Positions 11,628 through 22,369 of a DNA stretch of 34,370 nt are shown in pieces. The translations under genes and the position numbers were made by a program. The stretch spans positions 1 to 34,370 of the forward strand of contig JAVECL010000228.1 of assembly GCA_051942245.1 (NCBI GenBank), given 5' to 3'. Every line of letters begins with the position of its first letter. Position 1 is the first letter of the stretch. The notes under the pieces are model-generated. The model saw only the letters and a program-made list of their open reading frames with translations, was not told the origin of the DNA and did no database searches. This DNA is from Trypethelium eluteriae (lineage: Eukaryota).

Positions 11628-13339
11628 TTATGCGATTAAAGCAGTCTCTTCGTCGACGCTTCCGACAATAGCTCCAGAAGGCAATGCGCCTTCCTCCTTC
11701 TCTATCTGAACCTCGTCTTTTGCTATCTCGTACCGTGCAGATATCTTATTCGCGACGGTCTCGCCACTCCAATTTGCCCCGGTAACAGTTCCTAGTACAG
11801 AAAAAGGTGCAGTCGCTTCTCCCGCAAACCATATACCTCGTTCCAGGCTCATTCCAGAGCGGTATATTTCAATGTCCCGGTCTCCGTGCTCTAGGCCGAT
11901 TTGGAAGTTTGAGTACGAGCCGTAGCCCGCCCAAGGATCATGTTGCCAATCGGTGCAATCGAATGTCTTCGGAACACACTGATCTGATGCATAGTCGAAA
12001 TGCGGGAGCTTGGAGTAATACGGCCTGAAGAAAGCGTTGAGAATATCATAGTATTTCTTCGAGTAAGGATCTATGTTGTGAATGCGATTGGTGAGCATCC
12101 TCGAATTCTCTCCGTACAAATAGAACATTATCGTAGGCTGAGAAAATGGGGAAGGAAGCGCAGCGAGTGACACAATTTCTTGGTTCCAGCATTTTGGATT
12201 CGTGTCTGGCGCGTATCCTGGTCGGATAAAGAGCGTCTCTCCAGGAAAGTGTTCGGACGCTGTATGCCACCATGCAGTAGGAAACGTTACCCAAGCCTTT
12301 TCAAGATGGCCCTAGCCTATATGATCGATGGCAGCTGACAGACTTGCAGGCAATGGTGGCACGAAAATATTTTTATGAAGCTTGAGCCAGCCGAGCGGAG
12401 CGGTGACAACCACTTCGTCGAATTTCCTAGAGGTGCCATCGGACAGACGAACTTCGACTTGGCCGTCTTCATTCTTAATTCCATTATCCAATCGGATACT
12501 GGTGACTTCTGTGGAAAGGTAAAGATTCGCACCCACCAGCGCTTTCTTTTCTATGCAGTCCACGATTTTTTTGTAAGTGCTGGCCAAGAACAAGCTATCT
12601 GGGCAAAAATACATCGGTAAGTCTTTCTAGTCTCCACTTTTCATAATAGGAGACTGCCTACTACCGTCAATGACTTGTTCCAACCAAAAGAACCTGAAGC
12701 TTTGTCTTTCAATTTCAGTACCTATCATGGCCCCCCACATCCTTGCGTAATCCAGCATATTCCTCGCGATTTTTGGTGGATAATCTGAACCGTCTACCTT
12801 TTCTCGAATGAAATCCATTAGACTCTTCTCTTTGGGAATGTCTCCGGAATGGTCTTCACTATATTTAAATCCCTCGTCTAGTATTCGCCACACCTCGCTG
12901 GTTTGCTTTTCCGCGACCTCCTTGTCCAAGTATTTACCAGTACAGTCAAAGATAGAATGTAAGTCCCCGAAATCATGACAGGTGCTATCTGTCTGCTTTG
13001 CCAACTTGACTAATGGGTTATGCTCTGTTCCATGAATCCAATTTGGTCCCCTGTTCCGAATTTAAGCACCAGTGTATTAGAGGGATGCAGGAAATCTTAC
13101 AAGTCTAATAGATGACCAAACTTGTCGCTTTGGTGCACTCTTCCTCCAGTGCGGTCTCGAGCTTCGTATATTGTGACCTTTGCTCCATTCCTCAGCAGAG
13201 TTTCAGAGCATTTGAGTCCACTCATTCCTGCACCAATAACGCATACATGTGGCATCATTTCGGATTTTCTGTTCATACTTTGTGTCAGCCCTTCCGTGGT
13301 TGATGATTGTTGCATTGGACGTAAGGAATATGTGTCCAT
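11628..13339 (-). pseudogene. Flavin-containing amine/polyamine oxidase (Fms1/PAO-like) with one in-frame TAG at 12312-12314; exons about 13339-13101, 13050-~12662, 12598-11628
   Basis: VCVIGAGMSGL..EARDRTGGR, LDLGPNWIHG, VVVTAPLGWLK, C-terminal GYGSYS and WFAGEAT..GTVTGA; the last exon reads AIDHIG*GHLEKAWVTFPTAWW with the same frame continuing after the stop. Family is secure; pseudogene status is not. Confidence 0.8.
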
Positions 13340-13753
13340 CTTTTGCGAGGCATCACATGCCGCAAGGTTCCCGAGTGCAGAGTTGGTGAATGAGTAGACG
13401 AATAGACCTGATAGAACGCCAAAGAAGTACAACAGAACAGTAAGCCTTGTAAAATGATCGAATATCTCAATCAGCTAAGAATTATGATAAAGGTCTGCGA
13501 CTATAGAACATGCTTGGTATGAATAACATGGAGGGTTGGCACGAAAGTAACGCTATCGTAGAGCTGGAAATTATGAAAAGCTATTTTGCTGCCTAGCCCG
13601 TCATATCGCTTCCACGCCCCCCTAAATCCTACATCCTTGACTCCCTAGCCATACTTTACATATTAAAGAAAACAAAGGAATACCACAACTCAACCTCCGT
13701 AACCATCCCCTCCTCTCAACATCAAGTCCGTCCAGCCCATCCCTACCACAATT

Positions 13754-16700
13754 CTACTTCGCCTGCCCCTTCGTCGCCGCCTGCGCCTCACTCGCCGGCC
13801 TCGGACTCTTCCCCTCCTTCTCCCTCTCCACACTCCTCTCCTTCCCCACATCACCCACCACCTCCACCGTCGGCGGCCGTTCACTCGCCTTCCCCTCAGG
13901 CTGACCCACCGTCTCCGGATTGCGGCCCTCGACATCCGGATGCGGCGGCGCCACACCAGCGCTTGCTTCTCCAGCCGCTGCCCCTGCTGCCCCTTCTGGC
14001 TGTTGCGGAGCCGGCTGCTCCTGCACCTGCATGGCGACCTCGTTGCCCTGGGCGTCGACGAGGCGAGTGCGGGTTTCGTATTTGGTGGAGAAGGAGACTT
14101 TGCCTTTGAGCGCTTCGACTTGGGCGTCGTTGAGGAGGTTGCCCTTTTCGTCGCGGTATTCGATTTTTTCCTCCTTCGAGAGGAAGTTGGCGGCGCCGGC
14201 GGCGGGGGAGTCGGCGGGCGGTTGCGGGGTTACGGCGCCGTCTTTGTTGTCCTCTGCGGATTGGGGGATGTCGATTTTGGGGGCGTCGGAGGAGGGCGCG
14301 GTGAAGCGGGGTGGCACGGTGTTGTATTCGGCGAGCTGGGCAATGGGTTAGTAAGAGGAGGGGTGAGGGGAGAGAAGAGAGGGAGAAAGGGCTACTGACC
14401 GACTTGTGGAACGTGTTGCAGTCCCAGTCCCACGTGTCGAAGAGCTTGACTCTCTTGCATGCATCTTGGGTCCATGGATTGCCGTATGCCAAAGGTGCGT
14501 ATAGAGTGAACACGATAACGCTCAAGCCGAGGAAGAGAGCTGCGCCAGCTTGCCCAATGGCAGGTTTGTCTCTGAGACCGAGGTCCAGACGCGCAGTAAT
14601 GAAGTCGTAGATCTGGCACAGAACAATAATAGCAAAGTAGAGCGCAGGAAAGTAATGGTGTAGGAAGAGCTGACGAGCCATTAGGAAGAACGGCGCGTAA
14701 TGGAAGAACCATCCCAGTACGCTCATGCCGATCTCGTAGTCAAATCGCTTGAAATCAACGATTGAATAATCCCCGCAGCTCCGTTGCCATCTAAGCACTG
14801 CCAACGCCTTGAAGACAAGGTAGAAAGCGACGGCTGCGGTAGAAGTCCACCAGATCAATGGGTTACCGACGAGGTAGATTTGGCGGTTGTCCTTGCCCCA
14901 GAAGTTGATACCACGACGAAGTACAGGCCATGATGGTGGACGAGAATCCCAGGCGTGAGACTCGACGAGTCCAGCATTGGTCTTCCACATAACCTTTTGG
15001 AGTTCCCAGAACTTGCCAAAGAAGCCTGGGTTCCTATAATTGACCTTCTCCGCATTTTCTCCAAGCTTAGGATGTTGATGTTGCTCCACGTACCAGATGC
15101 TGTTGGGAAGGGTGCCTTGGCGAGCACAGGTGACCTCTTGTTGTTCGAAACCCCAGTCTGGAAGTTTGACTTTGTGAGAGAATAGCGAACAACCCGTCAT
15201 AATATGAACGAGTTTGAACTTGGTCTGGATCGTGCGGAGACGCTGTTTCGCTTCTTCTCCGTCAGACATTTTCTTGATGATTTCAACACGGAAAAGATCG
15301 TTGGCGTCTCCTTCAAAGCCCTCATAACCGTAAGCAGAAACCTCATTTTGCCAATCTGCCTCCGTGACAGGGGGGCGCTGATCGTGAGAGTGAAGTCGGC
15401 GATCCGTAGTAACGTGGTAGAGCCGAATGAGGTCGCCATCCTTGATCCAGGTAGGGTCTGACTCATCCCAAGCTCTTGGTCCCGTAATTGGTCCATCAAG
15501 TCCCTCAGGCTGAGTTTGATTTTCAAGTAACCAGAAATTGTTCTCATCCTTGTGAGGATAGAGCGTAATTTGCTGTTGCTTGCTACCAGTTGGATACATA
15601 TGGCTGTGAGAGTGTAGATAGCCACCCTGAGTGTTATGGTGACGAATAGTAACACGACTCCCGAGCGCGACATCCACCGGGACATCCTGCATGCCTTTGG
15701 AGTTGAGGGTCGCCTGGAACTCAGAGGACATGAAGCCGTCTCCGTCGCCAGGGTTGACAAGGCAGACAAAGTGAATTGCGAACATAGCCATGTAGAATGT
15801 AATCGGAATGACAATCAAGCAGAAGATTCGGGCGAATAGGTGCTTGAACCAAACTCGAGGTGTGACAGTCCTTGTAGCTCCAAGCAAGACCCATAATTGC
15901 AAGATCGTCAAGCTTCCAACCCATGCAATTGTGAAGAGACCGACCCATTTTACACTGACAGTCGCACCTAGACCCAGGCCAGTCATGACTAGCCAGAACC
16001 ACCATTCAGGCTCGAAAGCCTTCTTGGGACCTTGCTCGTGCTGGTTTGTAAAGGATGTCCAGGCAAGGGCTGTGAAAGCCGTGAAGACCACCAGTGGAGA
16101 ATCAAGGAGAATGAGGCGTGACTGGGTCAGGAATCCATTTTCTAACACACAGTTAGCCAAAATCAACATCTTGCCGGAACATTACTCTACCAAAGATTAG
16201 CAGGCCTGACCCCAAAGCTGCTGTAGTTGTACGAGTTCCAGCGGCTTTGAGAGTGAGAAACATCATTGGAATTGTGAGAACGCCGCAGATTGCAGGAAGA
16301 AGACGCATAGAGACGTATGGGACCTTTGGCTCAAGGTAGTCCTTTCCAATGTCCTTGAAGTCAAAATCTCCATCGAATCCTCCCAGCCAACCTGCCAATG
16401 TTATAAGAAGTTTAGCCAACGGAGGGTGGACATCCATGAAGAAGCGGCCCTTGATATATTTCGATGCAAAACCACCGAAGCTGAGTAATTACAAGAGATT
16501 AGACAAGATGGATCGATGAGGGGACGAGCGCGCTTACTGGACTTCGTCGAAAACAACGCTGCTTGGCTGGTATATTTTGAAGAGCCGTACAGCGGCTCCA
16601 AGTACTGTTAGTCCACCAAGCCATTGCCAATCGACGGAGGGAAGGGAGAAGATGTCATTATCCTTGACACCGTCCGAGGTATAGTCCCCAACGGAGCTTT

Positions 16701-16779
16701 TTGAGGCTTCCTGTTGATGGCTGTTCGCTTTTACTGATTTCTGCGTAGATTGATAGCCGGTTCTGCTCTTTTCCGCCAT
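13754..16779 (-). CDS. PMT1: Dolichyl-phosphate-mannose:protein O-mannosyltransferase, PMT1 subfamily; exons 16779-16538, 16480-16191, 16141-14400, 14335-13754
   Basis: Catalytic loop [31 protein letters not shown] (PMT1-type), MIR domains (YLHSH, RRLHSH, LFSHKVKLPDWGFEQQEV), RQLFLHHYFPALYF, long acidic C-tail. Confidence 0.93.
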
Positions 16780-17236
16780 TTTGAAAGATCCTCAACCAGC
16801 AATGAACTCCTGCTAATTGTTGAACATGGGTGTGGTTAGGGTACAGTTGCTTCCGTTAGACCCTGTTTGGTTTTCGATCTCAAGCTTCACCTGGACACCG
16901 AAATTGCAATTTCAAAGAAAGTGCCACCTTGCACAAGGTGAGCACGGAATGAACGTCAAGAAAGGTGTGTAGAAAGGAGGTCGGTCAAGGCTAGGGAATA
17001 CTAGAACACGCATGCGCCCTCGAGCTGAATGTTGCCCAAAAAACTCCTGGCCAGACGGGCGGTGAGAGTCGGCAATATACAGGAAAACACTCCTACAATT
17101 CTGTGACCGTGCTCACATCCTTAACCATTGAAACCCACCCTGCCTACCCCGGGTCGCGCTTTGAAGTTCCACTTCTAAGGTAGACAAGTTTGTCGACTGC
17201 GATTTCATTCGGCTGTTACTCACCAAAGACACTAGC

Positions 17237-18868
17237 ATGGCTCAGGGAGCAGGACCCGAGAGTGCTGCAAATGCCTCCATCGAGGCGATCAGCAAGCCTC
17301 CTCCAGGCGTTGTACTGCCACCGAGGGAAATACGTGGAATCATCGAGAAGACTGCGGGTTTCGTTGCGCGTAATGGGCCTGCCTTCGAAGATCGAGTACG
17401 ACAAAATAATACCGGCAACCCAAAATTTTCCTTCCTTACTCCAAATGATGCCTACAATGGTTTCTACGCCTGGCGTATAAAAGAGATTAAGGAAGGAAGA
17501 GGTACAGCCGTCTCTGCTGGAAGAGAGGGAGAACAGCCAGCTGCAGCGCCGGAAAAGCCCAAAGGCCCGCCCGAACCTCCTTCATTCCATTTCTCTGCTC
17601 GGATGCCCAACATTAGCGCACAGGATCTTGATATCGTTAGGTTGACGGCATTGTATGTGGCCAAACATGGAAGATCTTGGATGACAGACCTCTCGCGACG
17701 AGAGTCTGCTAATTTCCAGTTTGACTTTTTGAGACCACAACACACTCTGCACACATATTTCCAGCGCCTAATCGAGCAGTACTCTGACCTACTCAATGGC
17801 GGCATCATTGATGGCGGAAAGCCAGAGAAGCAGCGCATAATGGAGCTGGAAAAGGATATCAAAGACCGCTTTCGCGTGTTGGAGCGTGCCAAGCAACGTG
17901 CGGAATGGGCGAAATATCAGGAACAGCAGAAGCAGAAAAAGGAGGAAGATTTCAAAAAGGAGCAGCTTGAGTACCACCAGATTGATTGGGGAGACTTTGT
18001 GCTGGTGGAAACAGTTCTGTTCAACGAAGCAGACGAACAAGCCGAACTACCTGCGCCCACATCACTTTCGGATCTCCAATCTGCCTCACTTGAGCAACGA
18101 GCTATGATGTCGCTACAGCCGCATAACATGCGCATCGAAGAAGCTATTCCCACGGATGAAGACCCTGCCTACGCGATTCCAGCTCCCCCGGTTCAAACAC
18201 CTCACCCATATGTGCCATCACCTCAACCCACGCCGCCTCAAGTAATGGGCTATGGCGCACGACCACCGGTGCCAGACGAAGATGAAGAGGCGATCAGAGA
18301 ACGTGCCGAAGCTCGAGAACGCGCTCAACAGGCCCAGGCTGCTGCCAAAGCCGGACCTGGCCCCATGCGAATCAGGAATGACTATGTTCCCCGAGCGCAA
18401 GCCAAACGCAAAAACCAGCAGATGGCGACCTGTCCCAATTGCAATCTTCTCATACCCGTGGATGAGATGGAAGAGCACATTAGAAGTAAGTCTTTCCGAC
18501 CCTCGAATCGCTATTGTACCTGTTATTGGGTCCGTCAGCATATACTGACTGTCTGCTTTCAATTAGTCGAACTCCTCGACGATCGCTGGAAAGAGCAACG
18601 CGCCAAGGCGGAGGCTCGCAACGCAACCACTAATTTATCAACCGCCGATGTCGCCAACAATCTCAAGCGCCTGGCTTCTCAACGCAGCGATGTCTTCGAT
18701 GGCGTGACTGGCCAACCGATCAGTGAGGAGGAGCAAGCGAGACGGAAGAAGGCGGCATTGAACTATGATGGAGCACCAGAGTCCAAGGACGCAGCTAAGT
18801 TGCAACAGATGCAGAACGTCAATGTGGAAGAGCAGGTGCGTCGGATCAGGGAAAAATACGGGCAGTGA
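17237..18868 (+). CDS. PRP21: U2 snRNP SF3a subunit Prp21/SF3A1; exons 17237-18485, 18567-18868
   Basis: Two SURP domains (IIEKTAGFVARNGPAFE..FSFL; IVRLTALYVAKHG..QFDFLRPQH), QIDWGDFVLVETVLF, CPNC..EHIRIELLD after removing an 81-nt GTAAGT..CTGAC..TAG intron. Confidence 0.95.
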   Translation: MAQGAGPESAANASIEAISKPPPGVVLPPREIRGIIEKTAGFVARNGPAFEDRVRQNNTGNPKFSFLTPNDAYNGFYAWRIKEIKEGRGTAVSAGREGEQPAAAPEKPKGPPEPPSFHFSARMPNISAQDLDIVRLTALYVAKHGRSWMTDLSRRESANFQFDFLRPQHTLHTYFQRLIEQYSDLLNGGIIDGGKPEKQRIMELEKDIKDRFRVLERAKQRAEWAKYQEQQKQKKEEDFKKEQLEYHQIDWGDFVLVETVLFNEADEQAELPAPTSLSDLQSASLEQRAMMSLQPHNMRIEEAIPTDEDPAYAIPAPPVQTPHPYVPSPQPTPPQVMGYGARPPVPDEDEEAIRERAEARERAQQAQAAAKAGPGPMRIRNDYVPRAQAKRKNQQMATCPNCNLLIPVDEMEEHIRSKSFRPSNRYCTCYWVRQHILTVCFQLVELLDDRWKEQRAKAEARNATTNLSTADVANNLKRLASQRSDVFDGVTGQPISEEEQARRKKAALNYDGAPESKDAAKLQQMQNVNVEEQVRRIREKYGQ

Positions 18869-19269
18869 GAGCATTGTCGAAAATGACAGTCTTCAAGCAT
18901 TGGGCGGCGTTTGGAAGGCGACGGGAGGATGCATTGTTGCGTACGGAGTAGTGGATAACTACGGCTCGCGGCGTAATAGAGACAGTCGCTATGTATAGTT
19001 AGGAGCACTTGGATTGTACTGTGATAATATGTCAAATCTGACTGTCCGAATTCAACCATCAGCCTCGATCTCAATTCTCTTTTTGTGATTCGGCCGATGT
19101 TCTGTTGATAAAGCCGAGAGAGCGATGTCGGGCTTCGCGGGACGCTCCTCCGTGACGCAATTCCATCCTGGGGACCTGTTCAGAAAATTAAGCCAAGAAC
19201 AACCTCAGCTGTTGCCATATCCAGTCCACCTTACTTCGACGCCTCCTTCATATCCTTTGCATACTTCAG

Positions 19270-20009
19270 ATGTCCCTTACCGCGTTCCAAAATCCAACTG
19301 CATACGAAGTGCGATCGCTGGTAGGCTCTTCTCTATCAACCTGATGCGTCTCTATACGTTCGAGTCAGAAAGAATCAAGATAGCTCCACACTTACCACAC
19401 AACCCCCATCCCACTGTGTTCCATCATCCTCTTCGCAGATCTACAAGCGCATTATCCGGTTCCATCCGCTAATCTCTGTGTCCTGCAGTACCGCTCTCTC
19501 CTCCGCCAATCCCGCCAGTTCGCCGCCTACAACTTCCGCGAGTATGCTCGCCGGCGGACGCGCGACGCCTTCCGGGAGCACCGGACGGAGACGGAGGAGC
19601 GGCGCGTGCAGGAGCTGATGCAGCGGGGGTTGCAGGAGCTCCAGATGATGCGGGTATGTGGCCAATTTCTCTCCCTCGAAAGTCCTGGATTATGGGGTTA
19701 AGAGTGTGGGAAAGTATGGCGGGGAAGATGGAGCGTTGGGATGGCAATGGATATTGGCACAGTCATTATCAAAGGGGAATTGAATGCTGATTGTGAGGTC
19801 GCGAGCACAGAGACAAACCGTCGTGAGCCAGTTCTTCCAACTTGATAAGTTGGTGGTGGAGGGCGGTAAGACGGGAATGCAGAGTGGGAGTCAGGGGGAT
19901 ATAGTACGGCAAAAGGACCAAGGGTAAGTTGCGCGGAGGAGTCTTTAAAACCCTCGACTGTTGCTCACAGTAGATTGTGCGCTGACCACATATTTGCAGG
20001 TGGGATTGA
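19270..20009 (+). CDS. ISD11: Mitochondrial Fe-S cluster assembly factor Isd11 (LYRM4); exons 19270-19320, 19489-19653, 19811-19923, 20000-20009; missed by the ORF track
   Basis: Spliced product [48 protein letters not shown]...[18 protein letters not shown]...RQKDQGWD*; LYR motif and YNFREY signature. Confidence 0.92.
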
Positions 20010-20346
20010 TGTGAAGGCATCACAGGAATAGGGGACGGTCCGCAAGTTGGGGATGTCCGCATTGTACAGTAATATAGAATCGTGGGAGTTGTTGGAACGC
20101 TCTCCATCCTGCAAATAAGTACAATACCCTGATGCCGAAAATTGGCGTCACTTCATTGTCTGACAAAAGACGGCATTGTTGTTGCTGTAAATTGCAGAAC
20201 TACGGTGACTGCTGATAGTACAAATCTGGTTATCTCTTCAAAGTGCTTCTTCCTAGCATTGGTATTTCTCAACTCCCTAGACCCATTCAACGTTTAGCCT
20301 TAATCAAGGCTGAATAGAAATGAAGTCCTCTATGGCAACTGGTTGT

Positions 20347-22369
20347 TCAGGATTTCTCCAAGTGCTTTTCCAGACTGCCAAACAGATCGATTTCTGCGGC
20401 TGGAGCACTCACTTCCTGAGTCTCTTCCTTAGCTTCATCCTCTGGCGGAGGAATTTCATCCGCCTGTGGCTTAATGTCGGTTTTAGAGCCAGAGCGGCTG
20501 TGAGAAGTCGTCGCCAACGGTAGGTCTGGAGAGCTCGACGCGTCACGGCGAGGCTCCTCTTGTCGTTCTTCTGTGACAGGTTGAGCCGGTTCGGGCAATG
20601 GAGGCGCTGCTTCAGTAGGCTGCTGCGCTTCGGCTGGGGCACTCTTGACGGGACTCGCAGTCACATCCAGTGGTGTTGGTGATAGTTCCCCTTCCTCACG
20701 ATCTTCATCATCATCCCCTTCTTCACCTTCTTCGCCCTCCTCACCCTCCTCATCCTCCTCGTCGCCTTCTTGAGCATCGGCCATCTCCGTGTCAGCATCC
20801 GCTGTCGCAACTCCTTCCCCAGCTGCAGCTTGCAGTTGCGCGCCAATGTTCTCCCCAGTCCCAGTCGTTGTCACAATACCACTTTCTCCATTAGTGCCAG
20901 GTGCTGCGCCTTCAGCGCCAGTGAATTGAACCTTCTTCTTTCCACGTCCAGGACCCTTCTTAGGTTTTCTCCTCGGTGGTGGTGGTCGCCTGCGGGGCGG
21001 CGTGGGCTGAACTAAGTCACTCGCGACAACTACACCATCTGCGTTCACGACTCCAACTCCCTCAACAACAGTACCCGGCGCGGCCGCGGCTGGAGCAGCA
21101 GACTCTTCTACAGTGCCTTCTTCCCCAACAATTTCACCTTCAACAGTCTGGCCTTCGGCAACCAGAACCTCCCAAATAGTCACATTACCCTCGGCATCAG
21201 TTTTGCGAACCTTCGTTTTGCGCGTCGGGCCAGTCTGAATAACGGTATGCGTAGCTTCAGTACTGTACTGAGATGGTAATTCTTTCCTCCTCTTGGCCAG
21301 AAATTCACGTTCGGGCTCTTCCATGTGACGCGGAAGCTGAGTCCACTTCTTCGCTACGAACCCACGTGCCGATTCTTTAGCTTCTTCATCCTCATCGTCG
21401 TTCTCTTTGCCTTCGTCTTCCTTGTTGGTGTTGGATTTGAAGAGCCAGGGTGCACGAGCAGCGCGGAGGAGTTGCTGACTCATCGGACTGAGTAAGTGCG
21501 AGTCGCGCGGCATTGGCAGCTCGGGCCACGCGTGTTTGTTGATAATGGGCTCGGCTGTGGGCGGTGGCCCGATGTGGCCTTCGGTGGTGCGCCACTGACG
21601 GATAGGAAGGCCTTCGAAGACATCATGGTCGATTTGCGTGCGACCTGACCTATTCGTTCGGCCCTGGTGGCGGAACTGTCGAGGAGTGGGGGTTAGCTGT
21701 AGATCTGGCTCGGCTTCAGATCCCGTAGTGAATTCTGTCAAAGTTGAAATAGAGGAGACATCATCGTTTGCTGCCATGGCTTTTTGGTACGTGCAACAGA
21801 AAGTAAGTTGTGGTGCGCAGATTGGAGGAAAGTGAGGAGGTAAACTTAACGAGAAAAGAGATGCGCTCGATAGTGTGAAGTGACATAAGCTGTAGAAAAC
21901 ACGGGGACGAGAGATCTACAGAATACTGAACGCAAACTAAACGCGTTGTACTTGGGAAGCAGGTCGAAAGTGCGCGAGCTCCTCACAACCGCAATCACCT
22001 CTCATTTGAGGTGCCATGGCTGTGAGAAGTCACCTCAACAGACGCTGCCTCTCCGCAGCACAAGATATCTCAGGTACTTCAAACACAAGGTTGAGACTTG
22101 CCATATCTCGTGCCATTTTTCGATTTTGCATCTTTCTTGACAGCCCACTCGACAATGCACAACACAACACGGACGAAGCAAAAGGACTGTGCCAGACAAA
22201 TTGCGATAAGATATCGAGAAAAAGAGGGTCAAGATCTTATCACGCAACGAAATTCAGATGTTTCCCGATCTTGGATATGAGAACCAGATATGGGGTAATG
22301 CTGGTGTTGGGGCAATTTACGCGTATAGACGCTTGAGAGGAACAGGGAATCGCTACTTACTGGAGCCAT
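20347..22369 (-). CDS. Uncharacterised, probably nuclear protein; preferred model exons 22369-22361 and 21675-20347 (alternative: single exon from ATG 21777)
   Basis: 476-aa ORF with ordered-looking N-terminal blocks (DVFEGLPIRQWR, WPELPMPRDSHLL, FVAKKWTQLP), basic RRRPPPPRRKPKKGPGRGKKK and an acidic tract; GCTAAC..CAG acceptor at 21676 and in-phase ATG GCT CCA|GTAAGT donor at 22360. Confidence 0.75.

Noticed and set aside
12312..12314. Genome-wide TAG reassignment, or a small intron removing the stop
   Set aside because: PMT1, the phosphotransferase and the nitrilase all end in TAG; an intron ending at this TAG would delete conserved residues and lacks a good donor and branch site.
7491..13339. 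HAD, Myb and amine oxidase genes as members of the carotenoid cluster
   Set aside because: No known pathway link; they look like ordinary neighbours.
13690..13956. Protamine-like Arg-rich ORF
   Set aside because: Alternative frame of the purine-rich PMT1 tail within a skew island.
13896..14399. Alternative Arg-rich PMT1 C-terminus implied by the 757-aa ORF
   Set aside because: Explained by reading through the 64-nt intron 14399-14336; the spliced frame gives the typical PMT1 tail.
16837..16842. Isolated TTAGGG/CCCTAA hexamers (also near 22574)
   Set aside because: Single copies are expected by chance; no telomeric array.
21715..21766. C/D-box snoRNA-like ATGATG...CTGA on the minus strand in the long intron
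   Set aside because: Imperfect C box, only about 50 nt long, no terminal stem, no rRNA target recognised; only an Rfam/snoscan hit would revive it.
22060..22310. TPP riboswitch in the long intron (CTGAGA word present)
   Set aside because: The downstream conserved core is absent and the host gene is not thiamine-related.
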